Part shown: positions 60,352 to 64,000 of the stretch, in pieces
Layout of the letters: each line of letters starts with the position of its first letter
Position numbering within the stretch: position 1 is the stretch's first letter
Assembly: GCA_965116495.1 (NCBI GenBank)
Contig: OZ220696.1
Span: 1,632,001-1,696,000 of the forward strand
DNA length: 64,000 nucleotides
Direction: 5' to 3'
Source: Gammaproteobacteria bacterium
GTDB taxonomy: Bacteria > Pseudomonadota > Gammaproteobacteria > Eutrophobiales > Eutrophobiaceae
The notes under the pieces: generated by a model
Database searches by the model: none
Seen by the model: only the letters and a program-made list of their open reading frames with translations
What the model was told of the DNA's origin: nothing
Program-made: the position numbers and the translations under genes

Positions 60352-60819
60352 TCAGTTAGCGCCGCTACTTGCCGCGGCATGTGCGCGCATCCGGCCAAGA
60401 CCGGTATGATCAGCATCGACGTAGGTGATGGCAGCCGTCGGACAGGCTTTTGCGCATTCCGGGTCGCCACCGCACAAATCACACTTATAAACAACCTTGG
60501 TGTCCTGGTTATAGTTGACCGTCCCGAACGGACAGGCGATGGTGCACACCTTGCAACCGACGCAAACGTCGGCCAGCACGTCCTTGGAACCGGTTTCCTC
60601 GTTCAGCACGATAGCCTCGACGGGGCAGGCGTGCATGCACCAGGCTTCGCTGCACTGGGTGCAGGTATAGGGAACAAACCGGCCTTCCTCGTGAAAGGTG
60701 AATACCTTGATGCGGGATTTGGCGGGGTTGAACACGCCTTCCGCCTGGTAGGAACAGGCCAGTTCGCATTGGAGACAACCGGTGCACTTTTCCGGCTCAA
60801 TCTGGAGTGATCTCAGCAT
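60352..60819 (-). CDS. Multi-[4Fe-4S] ferredoxin subunit (AorA-like)
   Basis: CTGCLQCELAC, CTQC..WC..ACP, CVGCKVCTIACP, KCDLC...C..ACP. Confidence 0.93.
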   Translation of the reverse strand: MLRSLQIEPEKCTGCLQCELACSYQAEGVFNPAKSRIKVFTFHEEGRFVPYTCTQCSEAWCMHACPVEAIVLNEETGSKDVLADVCVGCKVCTIACPFGTVNYNQDTKVVYKCDLCGGDPECAKACPTAAITYVDADHTGLGRMRAHAAASSGAN

Positions 60820-61133
60820 CACGTTCTCCTTAGATAGCAACGTTTAAAACAGGTAGAGATTGAAAAAATCTCGTGTAAAATCGGGAAAAAATCCCGGCTG
60901 CACTTGCCCCTGTTTTCATTATAATGGGAGCAACCGGTTTTTTCTTACAGTATAGCTTATAGTTACCAGTGAGGTCTTCAACCTTCCGTGAGAAGAATAC
61001 AAAATAATTTCGGCAATGGCAACAGGTCTTCAAAAGGAAGGTGTAGCAGGCCAACCCTGCCACATAATATCAACACAATAGAACTATCATATTTATTCCA
61101 AGTCCAACCATAAGGTTAACGGGCAAGATATAC

Positions 61134-61949
61134 ATGAAAACCATTATCCATACCATCACCGCGTGCATCTTACTGGGTTACGCCACAGCCGGCTCTTCGG
61201 AGATAACGAAAATCAGCTTTGCGTTCATCGGCGCTACGAACAGCAGCGCCTATAACGGCATTGCCCAGGGCATTCATGAAGCGAACCTGCAAGGCCGGTT
61301 CCTGAACCAGAGTTATTCTTTAACGGAATTTACCGGGGAAGATATCGACTCAATCAATGGTGATGAGTTCATCGCCATTATCGTCGCCACGAATGCAGAC
61401 GACCTGCAACAGGCCGGAGAGCGATTTAAGGATCATGCAATCCTCAACGTCAGCGTACACGATGACGCGCTCAGGGAGGCGTGCAACCCCAACCTGCTCC
61501 ACATCATTCCCAGCAGCAATATGCTGGCTGACGCTAAAAATCAATGGCTGCAAAAATCTCCCGGTGACAAGATAGCCGTTTCCGGCTGGCACCCCGATTT
61601 TGTGAAGTTCGCGGCGCGGGACCTGAATAAACGATACAGGAAAAAATTTTCCGAACCCATGGACCAGTACGCCTGGGCCGGTTGGGCTGCGGTCAAGATG
61701 GCATCGGATTCCGTAGCAAGGAAAAACCTGACCGACCCGGCCGCGCTGCTTGACCATCTCAAGACCGGACTGTCGTTTGACGGCCAGAAGGGCCTGGATA
61801 TGGATTTTCGCGACACCGGCCAGTTGCGGCAACTACTGCTTATCGTTAATGCCGCCGGGGAACTGATGGGCGAGGCACCGGTCAGGGGCGTGGTCGCGCC
61901 CGGTGACGTAGATAGCCTGGGTCTGGCTTCCTGTTATAATTCGACGTAA
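61134..61949 (+). CDS. Periplasmic binding protein-like, PQQ-dependent dehydrogenase associated
   Basis: Signal peptide; EANLQGRF, AARDLNKRY, FDGQKG..MDFR.TGQLRQ, DSLG..SC. Confidence 0.75.
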   Translation: MKTIIHTITACILLGYATAGSSEITKISFAFIGATNSSAYNGIAQGIHEANLQGRFLNQSYSLTEFTGEDIDSINGDEFIAIIVATNADDLQQAGERFKDHAILNVSVHDDALREACNPNLLHIIPSSNMLADAKNQWLQKSPGDKIAVSGWHPDFVKFAARDLNKRYRKKFSEPMDQYAWAGWAAVKMASDSVARKNLTDPAALLDHLKTGLSFDGQKGLDMDFRDTGQLRQLLLIVNAAGELMGEAPVRGVVAPGDVDSLGLASCYNST

Positions 61950-61967
61950 AACCATATGGAGTAGAAA

Positions 61968-62918
61968 ATGAAGCATCTTATCAGCGTAATCGTGTTGTTC
62001 CTGTGTTGCTTTCAGCTTGTTCATGCTGCAAGCGGCCGTATCTTCATCACCAATGAGCGCAGTAACGATATCTCAATCATAGACGGCGCCTCGCTTGAAA
62101 TCGAAAAAACCATAGCAGTCGGCGACCGGCCCAGGGGGATCGGCATCTCTCCGGACGGCACGGAATTGTACATCGCGGTCAGTGAAGAGAATGCCATCGC
62201 GGTCCTTGACCTGAATACGCTGGAATTATTACGAAAATTCCAGGCCGGCTCAGATCCGGAGACCTTCGCGGTCCACCCGAACGGGAATATCTATATCTCC
62301 AATGAAGACGATGCAAAGGCATCGGTCTTCAATCCCAAGACCGGTGAACAACTGGCGGAGATACAGGTGGGTCTGGAGCCGGAAGGCGTGGCCATTTCGC
62401 CCGACGGAAAGCAGGTGATTGTCACCAGTGAATCAACCAACATGCTGCATGTCATACAGGTCCCCGAACATACGATTGTCGCCAACATCCTGGTCGGCGC
62501 CAGGCCGCGCGCGGCCGTGTTCACCAACGACGGCGCCATTGCATATTCCACCTCCGAAATCAGCGGCGAAGTGAAAAAAGTCGACATGACGACTCACGAA
62601 GTGATTTCGGTCAAAAAAATTGCCGACGACACGGCCAAACCCAAGGACGTGATATTAAGTAAGGATGAGACCAAGCTTTACGTGGCAGGCGGCAGGGCCA
62701 ACCAGGTCATCGTCCTGGACGCGGACACGATGGAACTCCTCAAGACCATTCCGGTAGGCAAGCGGGTCTGGGGACTGGCAATGACCAGGGACGGCAGCAA
62801 GGTGTTCAGCACCAACGGTGTCAGCGGCACCGTCTCAGTGATTGACACCGGTCAAGACGAGGTTATCAAAACAATTGAGGTCGGCAAGTTCCCCTGGGGT
62901 GTAGTGATAGATGACTAG
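61968..62918 (+). CDS. YVTN-type beta-propeller, PQQ-dependent catabolism associated
   Basis: Repeated VG.RPRG / DPE / VG.EPEG.A.SPDG / VGKRVW / VGKFPWGV blades. Confidence 0.85.
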   Translation: MKHLISVIVLFLCCFQLVHAASGRIFITNERSNDISIIDGASLEIEKTIAVGDRPRGIGISPDGTELYIAVSEENAIAVLDLNTLELLRKFQAGSDPETFAVHPNGNIYISNEDDAKASVFNPKTGEQLAEIQVGLEPEGVAISPDGKQVIVTSESTNMLHVIQVPEHTIVANILVGARPRAAVFTNDGAIAYSTSEISGEVKKVDMTTHEVISVKKIADDTAKPKDVILSKDETKLYVAGGRANQVIVLDADTMELLKTIPVGKRVWGLAMTRDGSKVFSTNGVSGTVSVIDTGQDEVIKTIEVGKFPWGVVIDD

Positions 62919-63013
62919 TACTCTTTCAATTTAATTCTGACCGGTTAACTTGTCATAGGCCCGGTGCAGTTTGGTCCGGGCCTTGTCGACATCAAACATC
63001 CAGTTGATACTGG

Positions 63014-63240
63014 CTCGCCGCCGTGGTGCGCATCAGCGCCCGCCGGGTCTGGCTGGCCTTCACCTCCGGCTATCCGCACCAGGCCGCCTTCGCCGCCGCA
63101 CTCCAACGTCTGCGGGACGGCCCCGCGCCCGACCCGCCCGGCTGACCCGCACGCCGCCCTGACCCGCACGGCGACCCTGCCGTGAACGGCGCCTCTTGGC
63201 CCAAGGAACGCCTCACACCTGCCCGGGCAGGGAAAAGGCC
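63014..63240 (+). mobile_element. IS1380-like transposase 3' remnant (very GC-rich)
   Basis: 63014-63145 translates [33 protein letters not shown], resembling IS1380 transposase C-termini; abrupt GC rise. Confidence 0.6.
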
Positions 63241-63399
63241 GCACTGCTCCCGGCTCAAATCAAACGGCAACCCCAGCGCGCCCAGCACCAGGTAGGCAGC
63301 TTCATCCAGGGCATTATCGGTCCCGTGGCCGTAACACAGATCAGCCCGGATGAACTGTTGCTCGGTCTGGTGGATAAGTTGGTGGAGAGTGGTAGACAT
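63241..63399 (-). pseudogene. prmB: Ribosomal protein L3 glutamine methyltransferase N-terminal fragment
   Basis: [27 protein letters not shown], then reads into foreign GC-rich sequence. Confidence 0.8.
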
Positions 63400-63474
63400 G
63401 AAAGTTTTGCATTAACTGCGCACTCTGCGTACGCTATTAATTGTATACCTGCACTCCTCTGTTCATCTGCGGTC

Positions 63475-64000
63475 TTATTTCAAACACTTGTTAATTTCAT
63501 CAATCACACCGTGGGCGAAAGATGAGGATTTTTCCTTGTGTATTACCGCATACCAATCAACAAACAATCGCTCTTCAGTCAATGACCGGGTGGTCACCGG
63601 ATGGGTTTTCAGGTAGGGCGCCAGTATCCATTGAGTAAGCACGGTTACGCCGAGTCCGGCGCTGACCATTTCAATAATGGCATCGGTCCTGCCGATGCGG
63701 ATTATTTTCTTGATCCTGGTGCGGGAATGACTGAAAAACAGGTCATACTCTCTGCCTTTTTCCGGCACTGTTTCATAGGCAAAATAGGTTTCGGAAGCGA
63801 AATCCTCAACTTCAAGGTGAGCCTGTGCGGCCTTGGGGTGGTCAGTCGGTAACACTGCCACCATCTCATCCTGAAATAGTTTTATCGATTCCAGCTTATC
63901 ACCATTACAGGGATAGGAGACGATGGCCAGGTCAATAGCATTGTCTTGCAGCGCTTGCTCGGGATCATTAACGACGTCAGCGACCAGTTCCACTTCCACG
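63475..64000 (-). CDS. LysR family regulator, substrate-binding domain (5' end outside window)
   Basis: IDLAIV, LFQDEMVAVLP.DHP, IIEMVSAGLGVTVL. Confidence 0.9.
   Translation of the reverse strand, partial: VEVELVADVVNDPEQALQDNAIDLAIVSYPCNGDKLESIKLFQDEMVAVLPTDHPKAAQAHLEVEDFASETYFAYETVPEKGREYDLFFSHSRTRIKKIIRIGRTDAIIEMVSAGLGVTVLTQWILAPYLKTHPVTTRSLTEERLFVDWYAVIHKEKSSSFAHGVIDEINKCLK

Noticed and set aside
60820-61133. Sigma-54 promoter for the aor operon
   Set aside because: TGGCA candidate at ~61058-61062 (minus) has the wrong GG-to-GC spacing (12 rather than 10)

Overview
Chromosomal window of a Gram-negative bacterium, most likely a gammaproteobacterium (inferred from parE-parC-efp, xseB-ispA, yoaA and an Lpp/OprI-like lipoprotein). 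Left to right it carries: (i) a catabolic cluster of hydantoinase/oxoprolinase A+B, a frameshifted StyA/indole-monooxygenase-like flavoprotein and an ABM protein, followed by TA genes and a TonB receptor; (ii) housekeeping genes and the rubrerythrin / Fe-S oxidoreductase / DUF3501 triad; (iii) transporters; (iv) a ~14-kb pterin/quinone cofactor locus interleaving Moco (moa/mob/moe/fdhD), PQQ (pqqB split from pqqCDE), H4MPT/methanofuran-type genes and folP; (v) a 3.7-kb toxin-antitoxin island bracketed by a perfect 30-bp duplication of the porin terminator; (vi) a tungsten aldehyde:ferredoxin oxidoreductase operon divergent from PQQ-catabolism accessory genes; (vii) a prmB fragment fused to an IS1380-like remnant. 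Intergenic DNA is dense in several palindromic repeat families. The most unusual sequence-level signals are a ~23-28 nt hairpin that sits at GAC|TT inside two unrelated host palindromes, ordered tandem arrays attached to REP ends, and repeats that supply start/stop codons to core genes. No rRNA, tRNA, CRISPR array or intact transposase was seen. Product calls come from motif recognition by eye; no database searches were run.
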